Origin: Candidatus Marinacidobacterales bacterium
GTDB taxonomy: Bacteria; Acidobacteriota; Vicinamibacteria; Marinacidobacterales; DATDRI01
Reading direction: 5' to 3'
Assembly (NCBI GenBank): GCA_965219415.1
Contig: CBDCNP010000002.1
Location: forward strand, 5,536,001 to 5,600,000
DNA: 64,000 nucleotides
Part shown: positions 31,025 to 42,990 of the stretch, piece after piece
Layout of the letters: each line of letters begins with the position of its first letter
How positions within the stretch are numbered: the first letter of the stretch is position 1
The notes under the pieces: generated by a model
Database searches by the model: none
Told to the model about the DNA's origin: nothing
What the model saw: only the letters and a program-made list of their open reading frames with translations
Program-made: the position numbers and the translations under genes

Positions 31025-33710
31025 CCCCGTCCTGTGCCAAAACTCAGCCCTTTTGAAATAGGCCATAAATCAGCAGCTTAGTGTCTGTGTTTGCGACCGT
31101 GCCAAGGGCCGTGGGCTTTACAATCGTCTGGCCCGAGGGTGTTATCTTCAGACCCATGATGACCTACCACGTGCAATTCCTACTGCTCGTTCTGGCTGGG
31201 TCAACCGCCAGCAGCAGGATGTGATCGACTACCAGCAAGAGGAGAACCGTGTGCTCCGAGCCGGGCTTCGGGGCAAGCGTCTCAGGCTCTCGGACGACGA
31301 CCGGCGCAGGCTCGCCGTCAAGGCCCAAGCTTTAGGCCGCGAGGCGCTGGCCCAGATTGCGTCGGTTGCCACACCCGCTACGCTCCTGCGCTGGTACCGC
31401 TGCCTCATCGCAGCCAAGTATGATGGCAGCAAGAACCGGAGCCCAGGCCGACCTCCGACGGCGAAGGACATCCGTGAGCTCATTGTGCGCGTGGCGCAGG
31501 AGAACCCGACGTGGGGATATACGCGCCTGCGGGGTGCACTCAAGAACCTCGGACATGAACTCGGACGCAACACCATCAAGAGGCTCCTCGCCGAGCACGG
31601 TATCGCGCCGGCTCCGGAGCGGGGCAAGAGCATGTTCGTGGAGCACTTTCCTCAAGGCTCATTGGGGCGCTATCGCTGCGACAGACCTGTTCACCGTCGA
31701 GGTGGTGAACCCGTTCGGGCTCGTCCGCTACCATCTCCTGTTTGTCATCGATATCGCCACTCGCTGCGTGTGCATCGGTGGGATGACCTCGGACCCAAAC
31801 GGGGAGTGGATGAAGCAGGCGGCAAGAAACCTCACGGACATGTGGGATGGTTTCCTCCTTGGCAAGCGGTACCTCATCCACGACCGGGACCCGCTATTCA
31901 CCGAGGCGGTACGTGGGCTTGATCCAGTTTCGTGGACACTTTCTGAAAAGGCGGATACGATGTCCACAATGGCAAAGACAACGCAGCCCCGGCGACCCCG
32001 CCGGGAGTTTGATGACGAGTTTAAGGCAGGCGCGGTCCGGCTGGTGCTTGATGAGGGCCAGAGCGTGGGTCGGGTGGCCCGGGAGCTTGACCTCACCGAA
32101 TCGGCGTTTCGCAACTGGGTCCGTCAGGCCCGGGCCGATCGGACGAAGGGCCGGACGGGCTTGACGGGCGTGGAACGCGAGGAGCTTCGGCGGCTCCGCA
32201 AAGAGAATCGGCGGTTGCGGGTGGAGCGCGACGTTTTAAAAAAAGCCGCGGCCTTCTTCGCGAAGGAGAGCGAGTAAGATTCGCGTTCATCCAGGCGGAG
32301 AAGGCCACCGTACCGGTCGTTCACCTGTGTCAGATTCTCAACGTCTCTCGGAGTGGCTTTTATGCCTGGGTACGTCGGCCGCCGTCGGCCCACGCGCGCC
32401 GGGACCGCCAGTTGCGCGTGTTGATTCGTGCCTCCCATGAGGCGAGTCGCCGCACCTATGGGAGTCCGCGGATTTATCACGACCTGCACGAGCAGGGGTA
32501 TCGAGTGAGTCGGGAAGCGGGTGATTCGGTTGAAACAGGCAGAAGGCCTCATTGCTCGAGTACGCAAACGCTTCAAGCGCACGACGGTAAGCGGTCATGG
32601 CCAGCCCGTCGCGGCCAATGTGCTCGGGCAAGACTTCGTCGCCGATGCGCCGAACCAACGGTGGGTCGGGGACACGACCGAGTTCGTGATCGGCAGCGGC
32701 GGGAAGCTTTATCTCGCGGCGCTCCTCGACCTCTACTCGCGATTCCTCGTTGGGTGGGCCGTAAGTGCTATTAACGACCGTCACCTGGTTATCAAGGCGT
32801 TGCGGATGGCACTGAAACGTCGCCAACCGGCCGCGGGGCTCTTGCATCACTCCGATCAGGGCAGTCCGTATGCCAGCAAAGACTACCAACGTCTCCTTGA
32901 GACGCATGGCATGACCGGGAGCATGAGCCGACGGGGCAACTGCTACGACAACGCCGTCATCGAGAGCTGGTTCTCCACGGTCAAGCACGAGCTTGGGGAG
33001 CATTTCCTCAGTTGCGGCGAGGCCAAGATGGCCCTCTTCGACTTCATCGAGGTATTCTACAACCAGAGACGACGACACTCGACCCTCGGCCAGGTCAGTC
33101 CGGCCGAGTTTGAACGACGGATGAGGACTTCGCCAGCTTAACTAAACCGTCTACGAAACCGGATCAAGCCCAACGTGGGCTCTTGAGAGATTCAGGTGTG
33201 AAGCCCCTCCGCCTTCCAGCGAACAGTCCGAATCTGAACGCATACGCGGAAAGATTCGTTCTCTCCATACGTCGAGAGTGTCTCGACCGCTTCGTACCTC
33301 TCAGTGAGCGACACCTGCGCACAGCGGTAACCGAATACGTAGTGCACTATCACACAGAACGGAACCACCAAGGTCTCGGCAACGAGCTCCTCACTCCTCT
33401 GCCGGCAAGCGCGAATAGCGCTGGCCCCATCGTGTCGCGAGAGCGACTTGGGGGCATTCTCAACTACTACTGCCGTGCCGCGTAGATTGTGGCCGGGACG
33501 GTAGCCCCTCGGTGGGCCCGCTCGGCGTAGCGTGAAAACAGCTTCAGGAACACGCTTGGATATTCGCTCTCGACTAGGTGGTCATCTGCATGGTGACGAC
33601 CCGTCCAAAGGGTAGCTCTGCTCAATGGTTGTCGCGGGCCTCACCGCCCACGCCGCGTCAACTGTTCGCTTGTAACGTTGCATGTGGATCAAATTTTGGC
33701 ACAGGACGGG
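31025..33710 (+). mobile_element. Second A-type integrase-core element, frameshifted and interrupted by IS3
   Basis: A end at 31025; transposase 31157-33485 near-identical to 14370-15440; right end shares only the terminal ~18 bp. Confidence 0.88.
31914..33172 (+). mobile_element. IS3-family element, apparently intact (orfA 31960-32277, orfB to 33141)
   Basis: Same IRs as 15658-16916; 3-bp TSD ACG. Confidence 0.94.
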
Positions 33711-33933
33711 ATCATGCAGGCACGGTGCCGGTAGATCGGAGACTAATCAAAGTTCGGGGCGCGCGGATGAATAAATAGAAGGTACACCCAAGCCACCCTT
33801 GACGAGGTCCTTCGTTTTGTGGTCTTTTCCTTCATGGCGGTGTTTCCTTCTGTAGGCTCCTTCAGGCCGTGTTCGACAACGCGGAAGGTTACTCCACCTT
33901 TACTCTATTTCTACACCTTCTGAGGGTAGCTCT

Positions 33934-35337
33934 ATGGACATCGTCCTTGCCTTTAGCGCGTTATGCATCCTGCTGGTGGTCGGCAAGATCCTGCGAGTTA
34001 CGATCCGTCTGTTCCAGAAGCTTTACCTGCCGGCATCGGTGATCGGTGGTCTGCTTGGGCTGGCGCTCGTGCAGACGATCGGTGGCTTCTTACCCGAAGC
34101 GACGACGGCGGGCTGGACTCGACTGCCAGGATTCCTCATCAACATCGTCTTTTCGGCCCTCTTCCTGGGAGTCTTCATTCCACCGATCAGACGCATCTGG
34201 GGGATTGCCGGGCCGCAGTTGGCGTACGGTCAAATCGTCGCCTGGGGGCAGTACGTCTTCGGCCTTGGGGTGGCAATCGTGCTTCTAACACCGGTTTTTG
34301 ACGTCCCGGGGGCCATCGGCACCATCATTCCGGTCGGCTTCGAGGGTGGGCACGGCACGGCCGCTGGTCTGGAGCCGGTCTTCGATGCCTATGCCTGGCC
34401 CGAGGGCAGGGACCTAGCCCTCACGTCGGCGACCTGCGGCGTCCTGTTTGCCATCATCGTCGGGATGGCGCTCATCAACTGGGCGGCGCGCCGGGGCTAC
34501 ACCCAGCAACTGAAGCGCATTGAGGACATGCCTGAGAGCAGTATCGTAGGCGTCTACGACCCAGCCGAACGGCCGAGTGCCGGGAGCCAGACCGTGTCGG
34601 CGGCGTCAATCGACAGCCTCAGCTTCCATCTCGCCATCATCGGTCTCGGTGTCTTCATTGGCTATCTGATCCACAGCGGCTTGGTGCGCGTTGAGCTCCT
34701 GGTGCGGCCTCCGAGCGCCGACGGTCGCGCCTTTTTCAACAGTTTCCCGCTCTTTCCGCTGTGCATGATCGGTGGTCTGGTGGTGCAGGTCTTTTTCGCC
34801 AACTTCACCAAGCGCAATCCGCTCGACCATCGCCTCATGCAGCGCCTCTCGGGCACCGCCATGGATTTCCTGGTGGTGGCTGCGATCTCGACCATCAATG
34901 TGAAGGTGGTGCTGGGGGGGCTCGTGCCCTTGGCGATCCTGGTCGCCGCCGGAGTGCTGTGGAACGTCTTCTGCGTGGTGTGGCTGGCGCGTCGCCTCTT
35001 GCCAGCGGATTCGTGGTTCGAGCGCTCGATCGCCGAGATGGGGCAATCGATGGGCGTCACCGCCACGGGCCTCCTGCTGTTGCGCGTCGTAGATCCCGAG
35101 GGCGACACGGACGCCACCTCGGCCTTCGGTTACAAGCAACTCATGCACGAGCCGTTCATGGGCGGCGGGCTGTGGACCAGTGCCGCCATTCCGCTGGCGC
35201 TGGCCTACAATCCGGTGTTGGTGCTCGGTATCAGCGCCGGGGCGGTAGCGCTCTGGTTGCTGGTATGGGCGCTGTTGTTTCGCGGTCGGCTCGGCCTCGG
35301 GCGAATCGGCACCGCCGGGCGTGGGGTAAGTGCCTAG
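33934..35337 (+). CDS. Sodium/glutamate symporter (GltS/ESS family)
   Basis: Many hydrophobic segments; LPASVIGG, GFEGGHGTAA, GQSMGVTATG motifs. Confidence 0.88.
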   Translation: MDIVLAFSALCILLVVGKILRVTIRLFQKLYLPASVIGGLLGLALVQTIGGFLPEATTAGWTRLPGFLINIVFSALFLGVFIPPIRRIWGIAGPQLAYGQIVAWGQYVFGLGVAIVLLTPVFDVPGAIGTIIPVGFEGGHGTAAGLEPVFDAYAWPEGRDLALTSATCGVLFAIIVGMALINWAARRGYTQQLKRIEDMPESSIVGVYDPAERPSAGSQTVSAASIDSLSFHLAIIGLGVFIGYLIHSGLVRVELLVRPPSADGRAFFNSFPLFPLCMIGGLVVQVFFANFTKRNPLDHRLMQRLSGTAMDFLVVAAISTINVKVVLGGLVPLAILVAAGVLWNVFCVVWLARRLLPADSWFERSIAEMGQSMGVTATGLLLLRVVDPEGDTDATSAFGYKQLMHEPFMGGGLWTSAAIPLALAYNPVLVLGISAGAVALWLLVWALLFRGRLGLGRIGTAGRGVSA

Positions 35338-35465
35338 TGGAGCAATCCCTAGGGAGCGCGCCCCCCAAGCCGACCTTATTCCTCATTCCTCCCTCTTTAG
35401 GCCGAGGTCTCAGCTGTTGATTTTTAGTCTGTTGCAAAAGGGCCGAGTTTTGGCACAGGACGGGG

Positions 35466-35915
35466 TGCCGGTTGCAGCGATGTACCGGGCACAAGCGCGC
35501 CAACTTGCTCCAACATTGCCCGGCGCACGCACGCCGTGAGCTCCGGCGTGACTACAACCGGATCGTCTACGCCAAGAACGGGTTCGATGCTCGCAAAGCC
35601 TATGACGAGCTCGTCGCCAAGTGGACGCCTCTCGCGCCGGCCGTCGTCCGAAGCCTAGAGGAGGCCGGTAATCAGCTGCTGACCTTCTATGAATTCCCTC
35701 GTGCCATGTGGAAATCGATTCGAACGACCAATGCTCTGGAGAATCTCAACCGCGAATTTCGACGCCGGACGAAAACCCAAGCGTCGTTCTCCAGCGAGGA
35801 GTCCGCGGTCGCTTTGCTGTTTGGGCTTATCGCCTCTGGCCAGATTCAACTACGACGCATCGACGGCTACCAACGTCTGAGCGAGGTTCTCGAACACGCG
35901 GAGGTTACCGCCTGA
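35466..35915 (+). pseudogene. C-terminal fragment of an IS256 transposase
   Basis: QRCTGHK, IRTTNALENLNREFRRRTK; 5' part replaced by an A end. Confidence 0.85.
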
Positions 35916-36169
35916 TATGATACTCTGATGACAGGGTGGAGGGCGCCGTTCTTTTTCCACGGACCTCGGGACACATCCCGGGTGAGCGGCCGAAGCAACT
36001 GACGCGCCCTGGCGCACGGGCGAATCGCGTGGACTGCTGTTGTTCGGGGGCAGGTGCTTGCGCTGTTTGCTGTTGGTGATGTGTACGCATCCCTTTGCAA
36101 AAAAAGTGCTTACGTTCCATTTAGCGTGCAGCGATGGTCACGAGCGCTATTTTGGGCAACTATTTAACT

Positions 36170-37053
36170 GGGTTTACGCGGATTCGTGTGGGTAAGTTCT
36201 GACGGAAAAACAGTGTAACTCATTGTGTGGAAAAGGTATCGAGTACTTCATCAGGTGCTGAAAAGTGGTCCATTTTTAGGATAGGCTAACCGAGTGAAAA
36301 ATTCCCAGTCGATCCGCTCGCTGTTTGCGCTGCCAGGTTTCGTGGTTGGTGCCGGATTGAAGGGTCTATTCGGTGACCGATACGCCCGCGTCATCCAGCT
36401 CAAGAGGCGAAAAAAACAGCTGTGTGCTCTTACTGTGGGCAACGGTGCCGGGGGCGCTATGACAAGCAAGTGTGCCGGGTCCGCGACCTGTCGTTGGCAG
36501 GCTGGCGGATCTATCTGGAATACGAGCGTTGGCGCGTCAACTGTTCTGGGTGCGGCGGTGTGCATGTAGAACACCTAGACTGGCTGGCGAACAACTCGCG
36601 CTACAAGCGTTACACTTTGCTTTCCCGGCGGGAGAACCTGAGCCTAGACGGTCGCCGCGCACTCAAAAAGTTGCTCCAGGCCAACCGGCGCCTGAACACC
36701 GCCTATATTTTGAAGGAGGTCTTCGGGCAACTCTGGGATTACCGCACCGAACGCGGCGCTCGCGCCTTTTTCACTCGTTGGAAAGACAGCCTCAAATGGC
36801 AACGCCTGCATCCGTACCAGAAGTTCGCCGGTATGATTGAGTCCCATTGGGATGGTATCGCCTCCTACTGTCATCCGGAGAACAAAGTCAGTCTCGGCCT
36901 AGTTGAAGGGGTCAACAACAAAATCCGTGTTCTGCAACGACGCGCCTACGGGCTATCGCGACGAGGAATATCTCAAGCTGAAGATCGTGGCGGCTTTCCT
37001 TCCGCCATTACCCAGAAATGCAGTTTTCAACCCACACGAATCCGCGTAGACCC
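36170..37053 (+). mobile_element. ISL3 copy with ~500-bp internal deletion
   Basis: Both IRs present; matches 2985-4368 except loss between AGCGTT microhomologies; no TSD. Confidence 0.92.
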
Positions 37054-37155
37054 ACTTTTTTAGGGAGTTGGATTCTGCTCTACCCTTTGTTGTACTGGCC
37101 TACACCAGCGGCTGGTACCCGAAGGAAACAGCTCCGGAATCGACGGGGCGATGGA

Positions 37156-38160
37156 CCCCGTCCTGTGCCAAAACTCGGCCCTTTTGAAATAGGCCATAAA
37201 TCAGCAACTTAGTGTCTGTGTTTGCGACCGGGCCAAGGGCCGTGGGCTTTACAATCGTCTTGGGCGGGCGGGTCGTCACCATGCAGATGATCACCTAGTC
37301 GAGAGCGAATATCGAAGCGTGTGCCTGAAGCTGTTTCCACGCTACGCTGGTCGAGCGCACCGAGGGGCTACCGTCGCCGGCGACCATCTACGCGGCACGG
37401 CAGTAGTAGTTGAGAATGCCCTCAAGTCGCTCTCGCGACACGATGGGGCCAGCGTCATTCGCGCTTGCCGGCAGAGGTGTGAGGAGCTCGTTGCCGAGAC
37501 CTTGGTGGTTCCGTTCTGTGTGATAGTGCACTACGTATTCGGTTACCGCTGTGCGCAGGTGTCGCTCACTGAGAGGTACGAAGCGGTCGAGACACTCTCG
37601 ACGTATGGAGAGAACGAATCTTTCCGCATATGCGTTCAGATTCGAACTATTCGCGGGAAGGCGAAGGGGCTTCACGCCTGATTGTTCGGCGCGATCTTGT
37701 GGCCCAGGTTGGCCATAGCTCCTTGGATTCGAGCGTAGCCCCAAGACGGACTCGACTTGGCCATGCGCACGACCAACTCCTCGATTTCCGACGAGATGGG
37801 CGGACGCCCCGTTTGACGACGAGGGTACGTCCATTTCCTCGCGATGAGCTCACGGTGCCATCGGAGAAGCGTATCCGGGGTGACCAGAGTTGCCACTTCC
37901 CCGAGGAGTTTCCGTCCAAGCTCTTTCCCCTTGGCCGCAAGCCGTCGACGCTGCTCGTCGCTCAAGCGCAACCGCTGACCGAGCTGCGCCTTCAAAACAC
38001 GGTTCTCCTCCTGCAGATACTCAAGGATCTTCTGCTGCTCCTGGTTCAGCCAACCGGCCAGGAGCGAGACCAGGAAGATTTGTGGCGAGACAAATGGGCT
38101 CATCGCAAGCATCGTAGCCGAAGTCACTTACGGCTGCGAAAGATGACCGGCTGAGTTTTT
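37156..38160 (-). pseudogene. Chimeric integrase-core remnant (N-terminus of one paralogue fused to the A-type C-terminus and end)
   Basis: [12 protein letters not shown]...WGYARIQGA joined at ~37680 to GVKPLRLPA...YYCRAA. Confidence 0.8.
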
Positions 38161-38161
38161 G

Positions 38162-38323
38162 GGTGCTTCCGCCATTATTGGTGAGATGACGCTAAGACTT
38201 TACGCTGCATTAAATCACAGCCAAAATAGCGCTCGCGACCTTCGCCGCGCGCTAAATGGAGCGTAAGCGCTTTTTTTGCAAAAGGATACGTACACATCAC
38301 CAACAGCAAACAGCGCAAGCACC
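38162..38323. mobile_element. IS1-type MITE (diverged copy)
   Basis: Homologous to 5411-5576. Confidence 0.85.
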
Positions 38324-38814
38324 AAATAGATCATAAATCCAGTAGCTTAGTGTCTGTGTTTGCGGACGTGCCAAAGGCTGAGCGCGAACAAACGACGAAA
38401 CCATGCAGGCATGGTCCCGGCAGACCGGAGACCGATCAAGTTCTGGGCGCGCGGATGAATAAATAGAAGGCACAGGCCAGAATCGAGGCCGGAGTGACCA
38501 CGAAATATAGCAGGCTAACACGTTCTGGTCTAGGTGTACCTGGACACCCTTGATGTCCTTACTTTTCTAGGATTGGGCCTCAACCTGGGTCCCGACCTCC
38601 TGCGGCTCTTCCCCGGCACACAGCACACGCTGAATCTGAGTCTTTCAACCAACGGTCACGATGCTCCCGCGCTGGCCGCCGCGTGGGGTCACTCTGGCGT
38701 GCCTTTTGCCCGCCCAATGCGGTCACCATGATCCCATGTCCCCAACTTCAAAGTGCTACAATTCTTGTCGGCAGGTCAATCGTGCCGACGGCACCAGCTG
38801 GCCCTCGCAACGTA

Positions 38815-41220
38815 ATGATGGAGAGACGAATCGGCACGCTTGTCCTGATGCTGCTAGCATTTGGCGCAGCTTGCAGCGACCCATCGAGAGAGCGCGCTGT
38901 TTCCCTTCTCGCTCCTTCTCAGCCTTCCATGGAAGTGGAGTTGGAAGGAAAGTCCCGAACAGCGTTTGACGGATCGAGGTGGGTGTCCCCGCTAAGGGTA
39001 CCACAGAACGCCGTTCTCCAGTTCTCGATGGCTGTATTGGGCACACCCAGTGCAGGCCTGCCTGCGACAGAGTTCCTGATCGAGATCGAAGCCGATAGCA
39101 AGCGGAGCCGCGTGTTCCGCGAGACCCTTGCTGCACAGGAGGGGAATCGTTGGAACGACCGCATGGTTGATCTCACTCCGTGGGAGGGGAGAGCGGTCTC
39201 GCTGGTATTCACGGCGCGGCCTGTGCTGGACGTCTCGGGCGCGGTGCATCGGCAGTCACTGGTTCCGGTTTGGGGCGATCCGGTTCTTGCGAGCGCACCT
39301 GCGAACGCCCGGTTGGGACAATCGGTCGAGCTCTTCAATGATTGGCATCGCCGACCCGACCGGATGGACTCAGTAGGCGATACGAAGTTCAGCCACGACC
39401 GCGGCTTCTATGAGACCCCTTTCGAAGTGATCCTCACCACCGCCACTCCCGGCGCAACGATCGTCTATACCACCGACGGCAGTAAGCCGAGCGTAAGTCA
39501 TGGAATCGTCGGCAACAAGGTTCTTGTGGATAAAACGACTGTCCTTCGGGCCGTGGCGTACAAGCCTGGTGCGAGGAGCACGAACGTTGACACCCATACC
39601 TATATCTTTCCGACCACGGTGAAGGACCAGGCGACCTTGCCATTCGATTATTCGGCTTCGTTTCGCTCCTTCAATATGGCTCCGTACGCAGATCTCGACA
39701 TCGGGATCGATCCCGATGTCGTGAATACGAGCAACCAGCGGGAGTTCGTGGAAGGACTGACGTCGATTCCCACCCTCTCCATTGTCATGGACATGGACCA
39801 TCTCTTTAATGAGAGCCAAGGGCTCTACTTTGGAAAGGGCCCACTGACCCGTCCCGCCTCGGTTGAGCTCCTCTATCCCAGTAAGTTTTCCCACTTCGAG
39901 GGCTTTCAGGTCGATTGCGGAGTTAGAAGGCATAGTTGGTCGCATCCCAAGGAAAAGAACTCGTTCCGCCTGGTCTTCAGCAAAGATTTCGGTCCAGGAA
40001 TGTTGAGATACCCTTTTTTCGAGAGCGCCGTGCATCATGCCGAATCTGCAGTGAAAGAGTTCAATACCATCGTTCTTCGGGCAGGGGGGGAAGAAAACTG
40101 GTCGAGAGGCAGGATCCTCGTCTGGCCGGGAGTGAGCGAATTGGCGGTCTATGTCCGCGACCAACACGCTCGAGACTCGCAGCTTTCTTTGAGCGGTACG
40201 GCTGCGCACGGCATTTTCGTGCATCTCTATCTGAACGGGATTTACTGGGGCGTATATAACGCGGTGGAGCGTCCAGAGCGACGTTTTCTCGCTTCGTACT
40301 ATGGCGGCGATCCGGCTGACTGGTTTGCTATCAACCATTCGGGCGTAGTCGGCAAGCCGAACCACCCGCGCTGGTATACCACCATGTACCGTTATGCGCG
40401 TGAGCATGACCTCTCGGAGCCCGCAAAATACCGGGAGATGAAAACCCTATTGAATACGGCCCAGTTTAGCGACTACATCCTGCTGAATTGGTTTTCCGGT
40501 ACGGGAGATTGGGGAAAACGAAATTGGTATGGAGGGATTCGGATTCACCCTCCCGGTGCCGGATTGTATTTCTGCTGGGATTCGGAGAATACCTACGGGC
40601 TTGCTGACAAAGTTGGGCATGCGGGGGCTTGGGTTCCACCCAAGTTCGTATCGGGCGGAACGTCCGTGCTACACCAACTATGGATGGCTTTGGCGGACAG
40701 CCCAGAGTTCCGGCTGGAGTTCGCGGATCGCGTCTATCGTGCCTGCTACAATGGCGGTCCCCTCGCGGACCATATAAACCAAACCAATTTTCGAAAGCTA
40801 GCGGACTACGTGGAAGCGGCGATGTTTTGTGAGTCGGCCCGCTGGGGCGATGCGGGCCCCGGAAGGGAGAATCGTCCCCGCACGCGGGATGTGCATTGGA
40901 AGCAGGCGCGGGACTATGTTCTAGACTTGATGGACGGAAACGTGGAAAGGTTCATTCGAGCGCTTCGGGACCATGATTACTATCCCACCCTCGACCCGCC
41001 GGTGTTCGAACGAGCTTCTGACAGCGTCACTATCCGACGCCCGGCGGGAGCGGAAAGGGTCTACTACACCCTTGATGGAAGCGACCCACGAAACCCCACA
41101 GCACACAGTTTCAGCGAAGCCATTTCGACAATTCCTTTCTCTCCCAATCTCAAGGGACGTTCACGGCGGGGCGACGAGTGGAGTGCTCTGAACGAATACA
41201 GGACTTGGGAACGAGATTAA
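38815..41220 (+). CDS. CotH kinase-family protein with chitobiase/FN3-like domains, possible lipoprotein
   Basis: FGAAC lipobox-like; IVYTTDGSKP and YYTLDGSDP; LYLNGIYWGVYNAVER, GDWGKRNW, WDSE. Confidence 0.82.
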   Translation: MMERRIGTLVLMLLAFGAACSDPSRERAVSLLAPSQPSMEVELEGKSRTAFDGSRWVSPLRVPQNAVLQFSMAVLGTPSAGLPATEFLIEIEADSKRSRVFRETLAAQEGNRWNDRMVDLTPWEGRAVSLVFTARPVLDVSGAVHRQSLVPVWGDPVLASAPANARLGQSVELFNDWHRRPDRMDSVGDTKFSHDRGFYETPFEVILTTATPGATIVYTTDGSKPSVSHGIVGNKVLVDKTTVLRAVAYKPGARSTNVDTHTYIFPTTVKDQATLPFDYSASFRSFNMAPYADLDIGIDPDVVNTSNQREFVEGLTSIPTLSIVMDMDHLFNESQGLYFGKGPLTRPASVELLYPSKFSHFEGFQVDCGVRRHSWSHPKEKNSFRLVFSKDFGPGMLRYPFFESAVHHAESAVKEFNTIVLRAGGEENWSRGRILVWPGVSELAVYVRDQHARDSQLSLSGTAAHGIFVHLYLNGIYWGVYNAVERPERRFLASYYGGDPADWFAINHSGVVGKPNHPRWYTTMYRYAREHDLSEPAKYREMKTLLNTAQFSDYILLNWFSGTGDWGKRNWYGGIRIHPPGAGLYFCWDSENTYGLADKVGHAGAWVPPKFVSGGTSVLHQLWMALADSPEFRLEFADRVYRACYNGGPLADHINQTNFRKLADYVEAAMFCESARWGDAGPGRENRPRTRDVHWKQARDYVLDLMDGNVERFIRALRDHDYYPTLDPPVFERASDSVTIRRPAGAERVYYTLDGSDPRNPTAHSFSEAISTIPFSPNLKGRSRRGDEWSALNEYRTWERD

Positions 41221-41270
41221 CCGTACAGCGATTCGATATCGGCGAGGTCGGCTTTAGTTGTGGCGGGGGC

Positions 41271-42469
41271 GGTGCTTCCGCCATCAAGTGTTGCTACGCG
41301 GCTGCGGGCAGTGGTACAGGTGCGGAAGAGAGCGGGTTGCGCGCCCCAGTGAGCAGGAAAACCTCGATCCGCGACCACAAAGGAATCGTCGTCGCCAAGA
41401 AGATGTCTCGAAAGGTGAGCCGTCGCGTGGTGAGACCGGCCTGCATAGCCGGAGTTCGGATCTCACGTCCGAACTTCAGAGCTCCGTGCGGTCGGACGAA
41501 GTTGTAATAGCAACGGAGCAACTCCAGGTGCTCATCGAGCCTCTCCGTCGAGCGAGCGTGGGAAAGCGTTCGTCTCGAAAGGTATGCCGAGCTTTGCCGG
41601 ATGGTCAGATTCAACCGCTCGATGAATGACGTGTTCAATGTTGAGGAGTCCTCGGAGTTATTGAGCGCGTCATCAAATCGCCACGCGGCTCCGTGCAGCG
41701 CTCTGCGTTCGACCTTGATGATACGATCGTTCCTGCGCGTTTTGAGGACTTGGCCGTAGAGACACGCTGGCCCGAAGAAGCGACGGATGACCTTCTGGTA
41801 GAATTCGAATCCATCCGTAACGATCAAGGGAAGACCCTCGAAATTCATCCGCCTCGAAAGGTCGTGAAACAGAGCGTGAGTGTTCCGGTAGCTTCGCCTT
41901 CCCGTCACCGTCGATGGCCAGAGCCGAGACCAGACCTCGATCGTAACGAAGACCCAACTCGGCGTCTTCTTGTTGCCCGCGAACGTGCGAATCTCGTCGG
42001 CTTGAAGCTCTTCGGCAGCGAAGCCAGCGATCCTTGTGTGGTTGAATCGACGACACACTTGGGCTGCCTTCTCAAGCCAGCGGGCGACGGTGTTCCAGGC
42101 AATCCCTTCGATCCGGGAAATCGCGGAAATGCTGACACCCTCGACTCTGAGAGCGATGACCCCGTCGAAAGTAGCTCTTCGATGTTGGAGACGGTAGTAG
42201 GGCGTGCCTTTCGTCGAGGAGAACGTCTTTCCGCACTCGCCGCACCGGTATCGACGGCGTTTCCCAGACTTGGTTCGGTAGAATCCGTGGCGAACGATGT
42301 TTCCGGAACTGACTTTGCCCCGCAACGCACATGCGGGATTGAGACATCTGCTATTCTTCACTTCGGATTGCCCTTACGATGAGAGAACTGTGTCTTCGGA
42401 ATTCTGGCTCAAACTCTAGCACGCGAGCGGGTTACGCGGCGGCCACCAACACTTGATGGCGGAAGCACC
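41271..42469 (-). mobile_element. IS1-family element (single-ORF type), intact
   Basis: Perfect 23-bp IRs GGTGCTTCCGCCATCAAGTGTTG; no TSD. Confidence 0.9.
41294..42361 (-). CDS. IS1-family transposase (Zn ribbon + HTH + DDE)
   Basis: CLNPAC / YRCGECGKTF, QADE, VTDG, IERLNLTIRQ, YNFVRPH, TPAMQAG. Confidence 0.88.
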   Translation of the reverse strand: MKNSRCLNPACALRGKVSSGNIVRHGFYRTKSGKRRRYRCGECGKTFSSTKGTPYYRLQHRRATFDGVIALRVEGVSISAISRIEGIAWNTVARWLEKAAQVCRRFNHTRIAGFAAEELQADEIRTFAGNKKTPSWVFVTIEVWSRLWPSTVTGRRSYRNTHALFHDLSRRMNFEGLPLIVTDGFEFYQKVIRRFFGPACLYGQVLKTRRNDRIIKVERRALHGAAWRFDDALNNSEDSSTLNTSFIERLNLTIRQSSAYLSRRTLSHARSTERLDEHLELLRCYYNFVRPHGALKFGREIRTPAMQAGLTTRRLTFRDIFLATTIPLWSRIEVFLLTGARNPLSSAPVPLPAAA

Positions 42470-42990
42470 CAAAGGCGACCAGGTCTCCTGCCGCCGCGAT
42501 GAGACGGTGGGAGCCACCTTCGATGGCAAGCGACTCACCTTGTCAGACGGGGCGAGCTTTCAGGTGAAATAGCAAAGCAACGTTCCGAGCTCCACACAGT
42601 ACTCGGTATACGACCTCCGTCGTGGCTCCGCCGGGCCAGTCGGTGCCTCCGCCGACAATCCACTTGACTGGCGTCAGCGAACCGCTTAGGATCTGGGGCT
42701 TGATCGGGGAGGGGCCTCGATGCTGAGGCTCTTTCGCTCGCCGGCTGAAAGCGCCACGGTGGGTCAAAACCGATATCGCTACTTTCACCCCCTGGTTCGG
42801 CCGTGAGGCTCCTCGATCGGAGTCATATGGGCGCGCTGTTATCCTTTAGTAAGGTCTTCTCACTGGGGTCGTCTTCCCGTTGCCCTGAGCTGCCTTGTTC
42901 ATACATGCGAGAGAAGGCGTACGCCCGGACCCATTCGCAGCAAACCTTCGTTTCCCTTCAAACTCGGGCGATCCCCGAAGGAGGTTCGGC

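Noticed and set aside
15658-33172. Composite transposon bounded by the two near-identical IS3 copies
   Set aside because: The second copy has its own ACG duplication, showing independent insertion; the outer flanks share no TSD.
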